Of a DNA stretch of 64,000 nucleotides, positions 12,604 through 25,218 are shown piece by piece. Both the position numbers and the translations under genes were made by a program. How positions within the stretch are numbered: the stretch's first letter is position 1; every line of letters starts with the position of its first letter. The DNA is taken from contig NC_068981.1 in the NCBI RefSeq assembly GCF_001194135.2, positions 100,540,346 to 100,604,345 of the forward strand, written 5' to 3'. Source of the DNA: Octopus bimaculoides (Eukaryota). The notes under the pieces are model-generated. The model saw nothing but the letters and a program-made list of their open reading frames with translations, ran no database searches and was not told where the DNA came from.

Positions 12604-12616
12604 CATTTATTTTATA

Positions 12617-13023
12617 GGCACAGGCATGGCTGTGTGGTAAGAAGCTTGCTTTCCAACCACATGGTTCTGGGTTCAGTCCCACTGTGTGGCACCTTAGGCA
12701 AATATCTTCTACTATAGCCTTGGGCCAACCAAAGCCTTGTGAGTGGTTGGTTTGGCAGACGGAAACTGAAAGAAACCCATCATATATATGTATATGTATC
12801 TGTCTGTGTTTGTCTCCTCCCCCATCACCACCATCACTTGACAACCAATGTTGGTGTGTTTACATCCCTAAAACTTGCAGTTCGGCTAAAGAAACCAAAA
12901 GAATAAGAACTGGGCTTACAAAGAATAAGTCCTGGGGTTAATTTCTTTGATTAAAACCCTTTAAGGTGGTGCTCCAGCATGGCTGCAGACAAATGACTGA
13001 AACATGTAAAAGAATAAAAGAAT
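12617..13023 (+). mobile_element. tRNA-derived SINE family A (CORE-like GGCACCTTGGGCAAG motif)
   Basis: TGGCTGTGTGGTAAG A-box-like and GGTTCAGTCCC B-box-like head; ACTGAAACATGTAAAAGA tail. Confidence 0.85.
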
Positions 13024-13261
13024 GATTCAGTAACTTTATTTTTGTTTTGTTAGATAACAGAGTTGGCCCTACACAAACCCATTTTTACCTCTGGAAAGAG
13101 ATGGTCCATGTTAATTTGGTCTCTGTCCTTTGATCTGTTGAGCATTTGCTGGTATAGCTCTCAGGGTCATTAAGGCATGCAAGCCACCACGCTACAACCA
13201 GTGTGGGACCTTATGGTGAAGTATAATGCTTAGTGTACCAGTGTACACTAAGCATTAGTGA

Positions 13262-13582
13262 AGGCACGTGGTTCAGTTGTTAGAGCATTAGACTCACAAT
13301 CATGGGATAGTGAGTTCGATTCCCAGACTGGGCTGTGTGTTGTGTCCTTGAGCAAGACATTTTATTTTACTCAGCTGTAGAAATGAGTTGTGATGTCACT
13401 GCTGCTAAGCTGTATTGGCCTTTGCCTTTCCCTTGGATAAAATTGGTGACATGGAGAGGAGGGGCTGGTGTGCATGGGTGACTGCTGGTCTTCTATAAAC
13501 AACCTTGCCCAAACTTGTGCCTTGGAGGCTAACTTTCTCAGTGCAATCCTATAGTCATTCATGACCAAAAGGGGTCTTTACC
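13262..13582 (+). mobile_element. tRNA-derived SINE family C (GTGTCCTTGAGCAAGAC CORE-like motif)
   Basis: GTGGTTCAGTTGTTAGAGC A-box-like, GAGTTCGATTCC B-box; body shared with 29699 and 47936. Confidence 0.85.
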
Positions 13583-15083
13583 AGTGTATCAGTATAATCA
13601 ACATTTAGACTTACTATGTCAATGCCCTGTAAAACAATCAGGGTGAAAATTAGAAGTTTTAATTAGAAGTTTTAATCATTTTTTTAAAAACATTAGGCTT
13701 CATTTTCTTTTCTTAATTAAAGGCTTTCATATGTTGTTGGCCTTTATGGTAGACCAACTGAGGAAGTTACCAAAGCCTAGTATATGGGTTTATTCTTTCA
13801 GTTCCAGTGCTGATTCCTATCTATTATCTTGACTTTGCTTCACAAGAGCTAGTGGTTTCCCACTTCCCTTTCCCTTCCATAAATTATCAGTCATACCTCA
13901 TTTTTCTGTCTCCTCATTGATTGTGGTTTTATCATGTTCCTCTAGTCCTACTTTTAGGGAGAAGCTGGTCTCATCTTTAAATTTCTTGTCACAACTTTTC
14001 AAAAGAAAGGTGAGTGAGTAAGGGATGATATCATGAGGTTAGATGAGATAAAGATCAGATATATCTAGCCAGGAGATGAGAACGTTTTGTGTTATGCAAG
14101 ACAGTATGTCGTTATGGATGAGAATATAGTTTAGGAGAAATGTTTCTGAAACAATATTGATGTACTTATGCTCAGCAGTAGTGAACGGAAACACACATGG
14201 AAGTGTTATTGTTTTGGAATAAAGAGTATGATTTGAAGGAGATTTGGCTGCTATTTCTAACAGATCAAAGGACTACATTGGCCATTTGTTGGCTCATGAA
14301 AGAGTAAATAGTTCATTAATGTATAGGTTGTAACAGAAATAAGAATGCATGCTCACACATCTGGGATGGTGTAGCTTCTACAGCACATATGCATTATTTA
14401 CGACTTCTAATACTACTTTATTTTATTGACTCTGAAAGAATGAAAGGAATTGTTGATCCTTGTGTGATGTGATCTGATAGGTGTGAAGTATTGAACTAGA
14501 TACTACTGTAAAATCTGCTGAACTTGGGCTTTTACAAAACTTCAATTAGAAATAGGTGATTAGTTCATCATTTCAAAATATTTAATGATGTCAGAAAAGT
14601 ATCTAATGAGTAAAAAAAGGTGTATCTAATGAGCAAATTACTGTTGNNNNNNNNNNNNNNNNNNNNNNNNNNNNNNNNNNNNNNNNNNNNNNNNNNNNNN
14701 NNNNNNNNNNNNNNNNNNNNNNNNNNNNNNNNNNNNNNNNNNNNNNNNNNNNNNNNNNNNNNNNNNNNNNNNNNNNNNNNNNNNNNNNNNNNNNNNNNNN
14801 NNNNNNNNNNNNNNNNNNNNNNNNNNNNNNNNNNNNNNNNNNNNNGAAGTATGTTACAGAGAGATTGCAACAACTGCAGAAAAATAGTAGGTTTGATCAG
14901 TTTGATATACATCATCATCATCATGCTTTTTTTTGCTATGCAATTTTGCAGAACGTTTAACCTCACTAGAAGATAATTAAAAAAAAAACAGGTGCTATTA
15001 CAAAAATGAAAATAATGATTCAGATTAAAATAATCATAATGATTTGCTGCTCTTTTCACTTTTTTTTTTTTTTCTCTCACCAG

Positions 15084-15269
15084 AGGATTACCGCAAAGCT
15101 TATGATGCTCGCCTGTGGCTTGCCAATTATTTCACTTGTAAAGATGACAAGTGGCTCTCAGACCATTTCCACCAAACTTGTCTGGAAGTCAGTCGACTCG
15201 TACGAACAGATGGAGGCAAAACATATGCTGAAGGATTTTGTAATATTGCACTTTCTTTGAAAGACAGTG
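15084..15269 (+). CDS. TTC29: TTC29-like exon 3 (DYRKAYDARLWLANYFTCKDDKWLSDHFHQTCL...SLKDS)
   Basis: Long poly-T plus CACCAG acceptor at 15083, G|GTATGT donor at 15270, phase 1-1. Matches TTC29 LACYFNNSEDKWVRNHFYERC. Confidence 0.95.
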
Positions 15270-15290
15270 GTATGTACTGATAGATTGTTT

Positions 15291-15711
15291 TCGTCATCAT
15301 CATCATCGTTTAACAGTTGTTTTCCATACTGCCATGGGTTGGATGGTTTGACAAAAGTTGGCCAGCTGAAAAACTGCTTCGGTTCCATGTGTTTTGGCAT
15401 GATTTCTATGGCTGGATGCCAACCACTGTACAGAGTGTACAGAGTGCCAACCACTTCACAGGTACTTTTACAAAGTACCAGCATGGGTGCACTTACATAG
15501 CACTGGCTCGGGTGCTTTTTATGTGGCATCTCTCAGCTGAAGAGGGGTGTAGGAGACTTGCCAGTATGCAAGGAGAACCACGATTCTATTTGGCTTGGCG
15601 TGTCTTCTCAAGTACAGCATCCCCTCTGTGAGACCCAACGTTTGAAGATCCTTTCTCACCACTTTGTCCCATGTCTTCTTGGGTCTACCCCTTCCACACG
15701 TTCCCTCCACA
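15291..15711 (-). mobile_element. RTE LINE 3' end (ORF2 C-terminus plus tail)
   Basis: Minus ORF EGTCGRGRPKKTWDKVVRKDLQTLGLTE and a (CAT)n tail on +. Confidence 0.8.
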
Positions 15712-15879
15712 TAAATTACATTTTGATGTTAGTATAAACTGTCAAAGTGGATGAGGTATTGTTGAACCAACAGCTAAAAAATCTTGTGTCCAAATTTAAT
15801 CCTTTATCTTTTACTTGTTTCTGTTGCTGGAAGGGTTTAGTTGAACAAATTTCCCCCAATACCTATTTTTTTAATATCT

Positions 15880-15997
15880 GGTACTTATTCTTTTGGTCTC
15901 TTTTGTCAAAACCACTAAGTTATGGGGATGTAAACAAACCAACAATTGTCAAGCAGTGGCAGTGGAGACATACAGAAGCACAAAGACCTGCACACAT

Positions 15998-16044
<47 letters not shown>

Positions 16045-16203
16045 TATATACAGATGTGTGTGCATGTGTGTGTGTGTAGTGGACTTCGATACAGTTTCCA
16101 TCTACCAAATTTTCTCACAAGGTATTAGTTGACCCAGGACTATAGCATAAGTCACTTGTTTGAGGTACCATGCTGTGGGACTTAACCCGAAACCATGTGG
16201 TTG
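15880..16203 (-). mobile_element. SINE family A
   Basis: Reverse complement of 12617-13023 with an internal (CA)n. Confidence 0.75.
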
Positions 16204-16544
16204 GCCTAGACTTAATACAAACATTTTGTTGTTTATTTGGAGAGTACACTTAATACTAACCTTATTTTTATATGCTTCAACTCTTCAAACCATCAAGATT
16301 AAGTGCCAGAACTCATAAGAATGTTTAACTGTGGTATCCTGGCATACTATATTGGGGAAAATTTATCTTTCATCCAGTGCTGGTTATTATGAACTCCATA
16401 GTGTTACTGAAATTTTTTAATGTCTTATATTTTTATATATAGTTTTATATATTCCCTGAGTAAGTGACTCAACCCACCCGGCAGATATTATTTTATCAAT
16501 CTCAAGGGAATTAAAAGCAAAGTTGGCTCCAGTGTGATTTTAAC

Positions 16545-17759
16545 ATAATAATAGTAATTAAAATCAGTCATTAACAAATATTGTTTTATTTTCTTAACCA
16601 CACTCTTTTGTTTTTAGTTTTGGTTTATTTTTAATGCGCCATGCATTGAATATGTTAGTGTTAACTTAACTATTATTTTTATATGGGTGCCATCTTTGAA
16701 TTCTTTAGTATAAAGTTTGGGAAGTGAACTAGATTAAAGATGATGTGTGCAAAGGTGACTCGAAACATACACTCAGTTTATGGGAAAGAATGTTTGAATA
16801 TAAGAACTTGCAGAAGATGGTTTGCAAAATTCAGAAGTGGAGATTTTAGCCTTGAAGGTGAAGATCGAACAGGACGTCCAGTTGAGTTTGATGATAAGTT
16901 CCTTGAGGCATTACTTGAAGAAAATCCTGCATTCTCAGTTGAAGAATTGGCAATAAAGCTTAGTTCAAACCATACAACTGTTCATCATCATCTTCAACAA
17001 CTTGGAAAGGTTCCTAAACTTGGAAAATGGGTGCCTCATGAATTGTCCGAAAACAACTGCAAATCCTGAGTTTACATCTACTCTTCTCTCCATTCTCGCA
17101 AACTCATTTCACCCTTTTTGGATAGACTTGTGACGAAAAATGGATCTNNNNNNNNNNTGGTAAAAGGGAAAACGCTCATCCACAACCGAGAAGGGAACTT
17201 CATGGGAAAGAGGTTCTTCTCTCTATCTGGTGGGATTGCAAAGGAGTAATTCACTTGGAATTGTTACCACCTAATGCAACAATCAATGCTCAAGTCTACT
17301 GTCAGCAATTAGAGTATTTGAATGAAGCTTTGCAGAAAAAAGACTCGCTTTAGTGAATCGAAAAGGAGTGATGTTTCATCAGGACAATGCGCAACTCCAC
17401 ACTGCAAAGATCACATCACAGAAGATCAAAGAGCTCGGTTGGGAAAAAATTCCTCATCCACCTTATTCTCCCGACCTTGCTCCTTTAGACTACCATTTGT
17501 TTCATAGTTTACAGAATCATTTGTGGGGACATAATTTTCGCAAGCCAGGAGGAGGTCGAAACTGACATTTCAGAGTTGTTTGCTTTGAAACCAAAAGAGT
17601 TTTATACATTGATGGGATTAAAAAGCTTGTAAATAGATGGAAGGAAGTCAGGGATAATCAGAGAAAGTACATTGATGATTAAATTTCAATTAAATATAAC
17701 ATTTGATTACTCATTTTCTTTATTCAAAATTCGGAGAGAACTTATAGGATGACATGATA
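16545..17759 (+). mobile_element. mariner (DD34D) element, transposase pseudogene, left TIR lost
   Basis: WFAKFRSGDFSLE, WVPHEL, DEKWI, HQDNA...HPPYSPDLAPLDY with 34 residues between the Ds. Right TIR-like end GAACTTATAGGATGACATGA-TA. Confidence 0.9.
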
Positions 17760-17920
17760 GTAGAGTGGAAATGTGAGTAGGATGGGAAACTTTGGAAAGA
17801 TACAGTCCTATAGAACTGGACAAAGTGCTTAGAATAAGATATAAGCTATAAAATAGGAGGGAGCCATGGGTGAATTTAGAAGCAGTTAGTCAAGCACAGT
17901 GTTGATATTGTTCTAATATT

Positions 17921-18130
17921 GGTTTAAAATTTTGGCACAAAGCCAGCAATTTCAGGGAAAGGGTAAGTTGATTACATAAACCCCAGTACTCAACTGGTAC
18001 TTATTTTATTGACCCCAAAAGAATGAAAGGCAAAGTTGACTTCAACAAAATTTGAATTCGGAACATAAAGACAGACAAAATGCCACTAAGTATTTTGCCC
18101 AGCCTGCTTACGATTCTGCCAGTTCACCAC
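17921..18130 (-). mobile_element. SINE family B
   Basis: Reverse complement of 6440-6651. Other copies at about 10725-10880, 30514-30663, 30860-31040, 36665-36835, 45651-45858 and 56787-56926. Confidence 0.82.
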
Positions 18131-18632
18131 CCTATGCTGTTGATCTAATATTCTCATATCATCATGCGACACATAAATATCTTATAATACTTACTGTATT
18201 TGATAACACATACGACACACTTATATGCCATCTTAATGTCTCAAAAAAAATCACCCCAGGTCCTATATGTGGAGTTGCTTTAAATATTACATGCTTTAAT
18301 GCACTAAAAACTATTTTTCCTGAATATATACTGCTGAAATTGGAGTGCATAATCTAATATACCCATGTGTCTTTTATGTCACTAAATACAGTAGCTTCAT
18401 CCTTCTACATTTCAAAATCAAATCTGTAATCAAAGGTCAACTTTGCCTTTCACCTTTCTAGAAAATTTAGTTCCAGTGAAATACTAGAGAGAAAGAAGCA
18501 TCTAAATCAACTGCTTTCTTTCAATCTGTAGCTTTGTACCAATGTTAGAAGCCTTCAGCATATGAGAAATTAGAATATTCTGTTGCTGTGAGAAATCTTT
18601 TGAAAGTGACATTTTATTTTTTATCATTACAG

Positions 18633-18845
18633 GTGAATATTTCAAAGCTATGGAAAATATGGAGAAGTACTATCATTTAACCACTGATAAAGACTGGGTG
18701 TCTAACAATAACGTTAATTTGAATACCCAAGCAACTCTTCATTTGTGTGATATTTATACCATTATTGCAAATAACATGGAAAAGAATCTACGCTCTGACA
18801 GTTCTTTACAATATTTACTGAAGGCTCATGAAAAAGCAGTGGAAA
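18633..18845 (+). CDS. TTC29: TTC29-like exon 4 (EYFKAMENMEKYYHLTTDKDW...LLKAHEKAVE)
   Basis: TTACAG acceptor at 18632, A|GTAAAT donor at 18846, phase 1-1, in frame with both neighbours. Confidence 0.92.
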
Positions 18846-19105
18846 GTAAATATTATTATTTATTTTTTTTTCCTTTACATGTTTTTCTATGTGTTATAAC
18901 TAACTGAGTCAAAAGCAACCCATCAAAGAGAGTCACTAGCACAACATTATATCCATAGCTGGGACACTTAACTCCTTCTGACTCTGTTTACCTAACTGTA
19001 TGTGTGTGTATGGATGTATATATAAAGAAACATGTATACATATAAAGAGACATCATGATGATGATGATGATATGTATGTATGTAATATATATATATATAT
19101 ATATA

Positions 19106-19416
19106 TCATCATATCATTGTTTAACATCTGTCTTCCATGCAGGCATGGGTTGGACAGTTTGACAGGAGTCAACCAGGTAGAAGATTACCGTATCTGTTTT
19201 GGCAAGGTTTTTGCGGCTGGATGCCCTTCCTTACACCAACCACTCTACAGAATGGACTGAGTGCTTTCTATGTGGCACCAGCACATGTGAGGTCAGTTCT
19301 GGCATGGTTTTTACAGCTGGATGCCCTTCCAAATGCCAACCACTTTACAGTGTAGACTGGATGCTTTTTCTGTGGCACCAACACTGGCAGGGTCACCAAG
19401 TAACTTGTAAGACAAG
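19106..19416 (-). mobile_element. RTE-tail-related repeat with duplicated core
   Basis: Two GCTGGATGCCCTTCC..CCAACCAC modules; CAT-rich tail. Confidence 0.75.
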
Positions 19417-20482
19417 GAGTATAGCTTGGTAACATGTACCATGCTTTCACTAATTGTTTTAGGTGTCTGTGTAGCTGAGAGCAGACATAAACAACCTCTT
19501 TGTCATCACATTCTTGATCTAGCACATTGAGGATATGATAGCTGGAGGAAGTGAAGGCTGCAAGACCTTGGTTAGTACTCATTTACAGCTGAGTAAACTG
19601 GAGTAATGTGAAAGAAGTACCTTCCTCAATGACAAATATTCTACTTAGTCCAGTAATCAAACCCACAATCTTACAATCATGAGTCCAATACTCCAACCAC
19701 TAGGCCAGATTCCTTCACAATATTTGTGTGTATGTATGTGTGCTTGTATATTATTGTAGTGGATCATGCAAGCATGACATGGATTCGATCCTCAATTGCC
19801 CAATTTCACTTAACTGTACAATGGACTTTTCCGATAGAGAAACATTAAGTTGATAAGAGTGACATTCAACAGATAGCTTCCCTAAGCCGATTTATGTCTT
19901 TACCACTTGACCCCTGCTAACCTTTTGTATGCAGGGGGTGGTTTTAAATTGACAGAACAATAGGCTTCCCAAAATACCCATTGTTTAGATAACGGTATGT
20001 CTCTCTTTCTAACGATCTTGCGATAATTATATACAGAAGATTCCCAAGCAAAAGTTAATTGGCAAAAAGGAGATGACAGGGAGGCAACCACAAACAAAAT
20101 CCAGTTAGTGAGATAATTCAACTGAGAGAAGGCTGACCAGTGAGAATATCAACTATGATACAGTGTCTGATCACAACACCACTGCTGTTTAAGTGTCAGG
20201 CACTATGAAGGTATCATTTTATCGACTCCCTACATTTAACATTCATTCTATCTTCCTCTAATTCCTAGTTGGGCAGCTAGCAGTTGATCAAACATAACCA
20301 GCAACAACATATAAGATAACTCTATGGTTTTTATATGATACACACACTTGTCCATCGAGGCAAGACATTATACTAAGTAACAGTAAATAAATATTTCCTT
20401 AAAAGTATGAATGCTGTTCTTCTTCCATCTTGCATACTGGCAGCCAACACCTTAACAACCATTGTTACATTATGTACATATA

Positions 20483-20850
20483 TCATCATCGTCATCATCA
20501 TCATCATTTAATGTCCGCCTTCCATGCTAGCATGGGTTGGACAATTTGACTGGGGACTGGCGAACCAGATGGCTACACCAGACTCCAATCTGATCTGGCA
20601 GAGTTTCTAAAGCTGGATGCCCTTCCTAACGCCAACCACTCCGAGAGTGTAGTGGGTACTTTTTATGTGCCACCAGCACGAGGGCCAGTCCGGCGGTACT
20701 GGCAATGGCCATGCTCAAATGGTTTTATTTTTATGTGCCACCTGCATAAGAGTCAGTCCAATGTTTTGTTCACATGCGACTGGCACAAGTGCCAGTAAGG
20801 CGAAACTGGAAACGATCGCGCTCAAATGTTGCTTTTTATGTGCCACTGGC
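20483..20850 (-). mobile_element. RTE LINE 3'UTR/tail copy
   Basis: Reverse complement of the 11827 and 54604 copies; ends abruptly at (CCCTAA)n. Confidence 0.88.
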
Positions 20851-20879
20851 ACCCTAACCCTAACCCTAACCCTAACCCT
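20851..20879. repeat. Interstitial telomere-type repeat (CCCTAA)x4-5
   Basis: ACCCTAACCCTAACCCTAACCCTAACCCT read directly. Confidence 0.9.
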
Positions 20880-20880
20880 G

Positions 20881-21274
20881 CTACTGACTTGATCACCTAG
20901 GTAACGGAAGCTCTGTCAACTACTTCTAGTTTTTCTCCCTGGAATGTGGCAGAAGTTGTTCTCTGCACATTTTCAGTGTTTATTGCTCCTGAGCATCTGC
21001 CACATACAAAACTATCTTCCTAGTTAGCCTTCCTTTGATATTGCTGCACCTCTTATGTGTCCATAGCTTACACTGGGTACATCTTATAGAGTTTCTACCT
21101 ACGCCTTTTCTACAGATCAAGCAGGGCCATCTACCTGAAGAGGTTTGTGTGTTTTCTACCTTCCTACTTATTAGGACTTTGGTTTTAGCTAGGTTGACTC
21201 TAAGGCCCTTCGATTCTAATCCTTGCTTCCACACCTGAAACTTCTCCTCTAGTTCTGATAGTGACTCAGCAATT
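20881..21274 (-). mobile_element. RTE LINE RT fragment (same family) including the PHD-like insert
   Basis: IAESLSELEEKFQVWKQGLESKGLRVNLAKTK...WPCLICRKGVGRNSIRCTQCKLWTHKRC, nearly identical to 53520-53800. Confidence 0.9.
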
Positions 21275-21976
21275 NNNNNNNNNNNNNNNNNNNNNNNNNN
21301 NNNNNNNNNNNNNNNNNNNNNNNNNNNNNNNNNNNNNNNNNNNNNNNNNNNNNNNNNNNNNNNNNNNNNNNNNNNNNNNNNNNNNNNNNNNNNNNNNNNN
21401 NNNNNNNNNNNNNNNNNNNNNNNNNNNNNNNNNNNNNNNNNNNNNNNNNNNNNNNNNNNNNNNNNNNNNNNNNNNNNNNNNNNNNNNNNNNNNNNNNNNN
21501 NNNNNNNNNNNNNNNNNNNNNNNNNNNNNNNNNNNNNNNNNNNNNNNNNNNNNNNNNNNNNNNNNNNNNNNNNNNNNNNNNNNNNNNNNNNNNNNNNNNN
21601 NNNNNNNNNNNNNNNNNNNNNNNNNNNNNNNNNNNNNNNNNNNNNNNNNNNNNNNNNNNNNNNNNNNNNNNNNNNNNNNNNNNNNNNNNNNNNNNNNNNN
21701 NNNNNNNNNNNNNNNNNNNNNNNNNNNNNNNNNNNNNNNNNNNNNNNNNNNNNNNNNNNNNNNNNNNNNNNNNNNNNNNNNNNNNNNNNNNNNNNNGCCA
21801 GTGCAGTTTGCCAGCAGTGACATTGCAACTCATTTCTACAGCTGAATAAACTGGAACAACATGAAATAAAGTGTCTTGCTCAAGAACACAACACAAGCCC
21901 AGTTCAGGTATCGAGCTCACTACCTCGTTATGGTGAGCCCAATGCTCTAACCACTGAGCCATGCTTCATTTTGTGT

Positions 21977-22018
<42 letters not shown>

Positions 22019-22020
<2 letters not shown>

Positions 22021-22860
22021 TTATTTAATATCCATATTTCATGCTGGGATGGGTCAGCTGGTTTGACAGGATCTGTCAGGTCTGAGGACCACATCTTACA
22101 CTAATACCTGCTTTGAGATGGCTTCTATGGCTGGTTACTATTCCTAACGCCAACCACTTCACAGCATGTCCTGAGTGCTTCTTTTCATGACACCAGCAGT
22201 TGTGAGATTGCCATGCAACTTGCAAGACTAAGAAACCTCTTTCACTGAGTGGGGCTACGGTAGAGAGGGAGGTGGTGTTGGTGTAACACTAGGTGAGGAG
22301 GGGCTAAAGTGTTGGAGAAGGAACTCGAACAGAATAGGTCTCTTGCTGTGGAGGTGCTACTTAGCTACTCACATTGTAGAGAAGAGGGTGATAATGATCA
22401 TAGTGGGCTAGAAAGAGGTAAAAACAGTGGTGATAAGGTGTCACGGTGGACCCTCGTGGTACAAGGCTATGGTGAATGAGAACAGGAGAACTGGGAATGC
22501 TGGTGGGCAGAAGTTGCAAGAATGTGTGGGAGAGCGAGAAGTGGTTAGAGATGGGAATGGGGGCTGGGACGAATATAATGAACGAAGACCAAGTGTTGAT
22601 TGAGGGATGATAAATAAGGAAAGCAAGGAAGAGTAGGGTTAAGGGGTGGGTGTGGTAACTGGTGTACAAGGAGTGGAGGGCAACCCTTGATATATGAAGG
22701 ACAGGGGAAATTAGGTGACCGACAGTGCAGAAAAAGAGCAACAGAACAGTAGAATTATTCAGCAGACAGGAGAAAGATGAGAGATGATAAGAGAAAGTGT
22801 GTGAGAGAGAGCATGGGTTAACTTCCATGTCTGCAATTCCCTCTCCGATTCCACCATAGA
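22019..22860 (-). mobile_element. Diverged RTE-tail-related repeat with a long purine-rich (+ strand) extension
   Basis: TTCCTAACGCCAACCAC core at about 22141; G/A-rich block at 22240-22830. Whether the block belongs to the element is inferred. Confidence 0.5.
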
Positions 22861-24422
22861 TTTAGCTATGAGAACTAGATCATCATCATCATCTCATGTA
22901 CATATACGTATGTGTACCATGCATCATAACAGAAAAGAAACAGTATAGTTGTAATTTAACCCAAGCTCAATGCGATGGAGCAAATCTATTTAAAAGAGTT
23001 TTCCATCTGTGACCATCCTGTTTTTAAAATATATTGAAATGTATGTTATCTAACGTGTTTCCTTTTTAAAAGGGGGAAGCTGTGATTTGAGGAGAATTTG
23101 GTTGCTATTTCTAACAGATTGAATAACCATGTAAATGCTGTATGTTACAACAGTTTGTGCTGCTGATTTCAAGTACTCTAATGGAGAAAAAACAATGAAT
23201 CCATTATATTGGCTTCAAATGATACTGAAACTAGAAGGATAACCAAAAGTTTAATCTCTCTGTACTATTATAACTGTGGTTGATAGGTATCTGGATATTG
23301 CTTAGGCTGCATGCTGTTCTAATATAAAACCAAGTTTACAGAAAATTCCTTGTAATAATTTCACAACACAGCATAAACATTTGAACATAATTTATTGTGT
23401 TGCATTAGTATGAAAGGATATTCATGCATTACAATTAATAGAAACAGTAAAGTGGAAATAGCATAATATGATATGCAAGAAAAATGTCTGTTCAAAGTTT
23501 CATGGGCTGGTTTTGACATACTAAGCAAATATACAGGTGCCATGTCATGTCTTCTTCTTTAATATCTTCAATTGAATGTGCAGCTGTTAGAATAGCTATA
23601 GAGAGTGTGTAATTCAAAGCTCAACCCAAGACACTCTAAAATTGGTGAGAGTGGAGAACGTCATAGCAGCTCTGATGTCTGTGGCATTCTGTGATATTGG
23701 CACTTAAATTGACTGTACTTATAGGCTTTGTTCATGGAAAGTTCCAGACAGGCTAAAAAACAATTCCATAAACAACAACCATTGATTGGATAAAATCTTG
23801 GTTGTTCACATGATCAAACCATGATTGAATTGTGATTTGAAATTCGTATGTGGCAAAATGCAGCTTCAAATCCAATGTTACACTCTCAACAGTGTATAGA
23901 TTTAGGCAGCAATCTTATATTTTGTATTTGCTGTTTGACAAAAATGGTTGAAAATATGAATATGTTATTTCATTTGTTTATAATTTACATTCATTTCCTC
24001 ACAAGCATAAAATAATTTTTGGTAGAATATCTGGTTTTACAGTTGGCCATCTGCTAATGCCTCAACTATGAAATGGAAATATAACCAGTTTGTCACTCAG
24101 ACAAACTAAGATAAATTTTCTAAAGAGAGAAAATTCCATGAGAAACAAATGTTTAGAAAATTAATGTTTGACTGCGACAAAGAGATCATCATTCCATCTT
24201 GTAATGATGTATCTGTCTTGCTAATGTAACAACTTGCTCCTCAATAACATTCAGAAAATTTGTTCTAATTAATTTCTTTCAGCTTCAATATGTGATATGA
24301 ACAATTTCAGTGTGATCCTTCATAATGACTGATATTGAAGAAGTGATTGTAATTTTATCTTCTGATCTGAAATTAATCATTACTAATTTTAAATAATTTT
24401 CTTTCAAAGTGTTGATCATTAA

Positions 24423-24636
24423 CCCTTTAGTATTTAAACCAGCCATATCCAACCCAAAATGTTCTACTTGATTATGTTCAAACTGGTCAGATGTGGTCCC
24501 TCACACCTACCCTACAATATCATTCTAAAAATGAACATCATCAAAATCTTGAAGCTATGAGATAATGCAAGATTAAATCAAAACAACATGAATGAATAAG
24601 TATTGCATTTGACAGAGTAATTTGAATGTCAAAGGG
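24423..24636. mobile_element. piggyBac-like MITE, same family as 4401-4613, opposite orientation
   Basis: TTAA|CCCTTTAG ... CAAAGGG|TTTA; the internal sequence is the reverse complement of 4401-4613. Confidence 0.8.
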
Positions 24637-25132
24637 TTTATAGAGAGAATGTTGGTAAAGGGTCACCACTTCAGTGAAAGTTACTGGACTGTTGTCTTTT
24701 TGCTAACTGACTGAAACGTGTGCTTAACTCTTCTTGGGCAGAGAACTGCTTTTGGTATCAATACATGCCCAGCCCTGATTGGCTGGAGTTGCCATAGCTC
24801 AACTGTGCTCCAATGTGATAGCAAAAATAACTTTTCTTACTCACTACAGGTTAATTGAATTTCATTGTCAAATTGTTTATAATTTATTTGAAAGTAACTC
24901 AGTGAAAAATTTGAAAGTTCATATCACCAGTACCAACTCATAGTACAGCAGTACCTCTACTATTTTTTGCTTATAACAACATTCTGTGACCTATCATATA
25001 GCTATCCACTACCATCAAAGAACAGACTATCATTTCTATAGAACTCACTATCACCACTGTACAACATATGAACACTGTAATATATCACAGCAACATAACA
25101 TCATATTAAAGAGATTATCCTCTGTTTTTCAG

Positions 25133-25218
25133 GTAAAGATAATAAAATTATTGGTGAAGCTGTATATAAATTGGGTTTGGCTTATTTAAAAGCAGAGGAA
25201 CCAGATGTAGCTCTTCCT
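25133..25218 (+). CDS. TTC29: TTC29-like exon 5 (KDNKIIGEAVYKLGLAYLKAEEPDVALP), TPR helix
   Basis: TTTTTCAG acceptor at 25132, CCT|GTAAGT donor at 25219, phase 1-0. Matches TTC29 EAEASYYLGLAHLAAEE. Confidence 0.93.

Noticed and set aside
20980-21962. Long ORFs of 185-282 aa in the ORF track (also 14568, 32383, 46358, 48817, 54061, 60349 and others)
   Set aside because: Their length comes from N-runs translated as X; only the flanking TE-derived peptide parts are meaningful.
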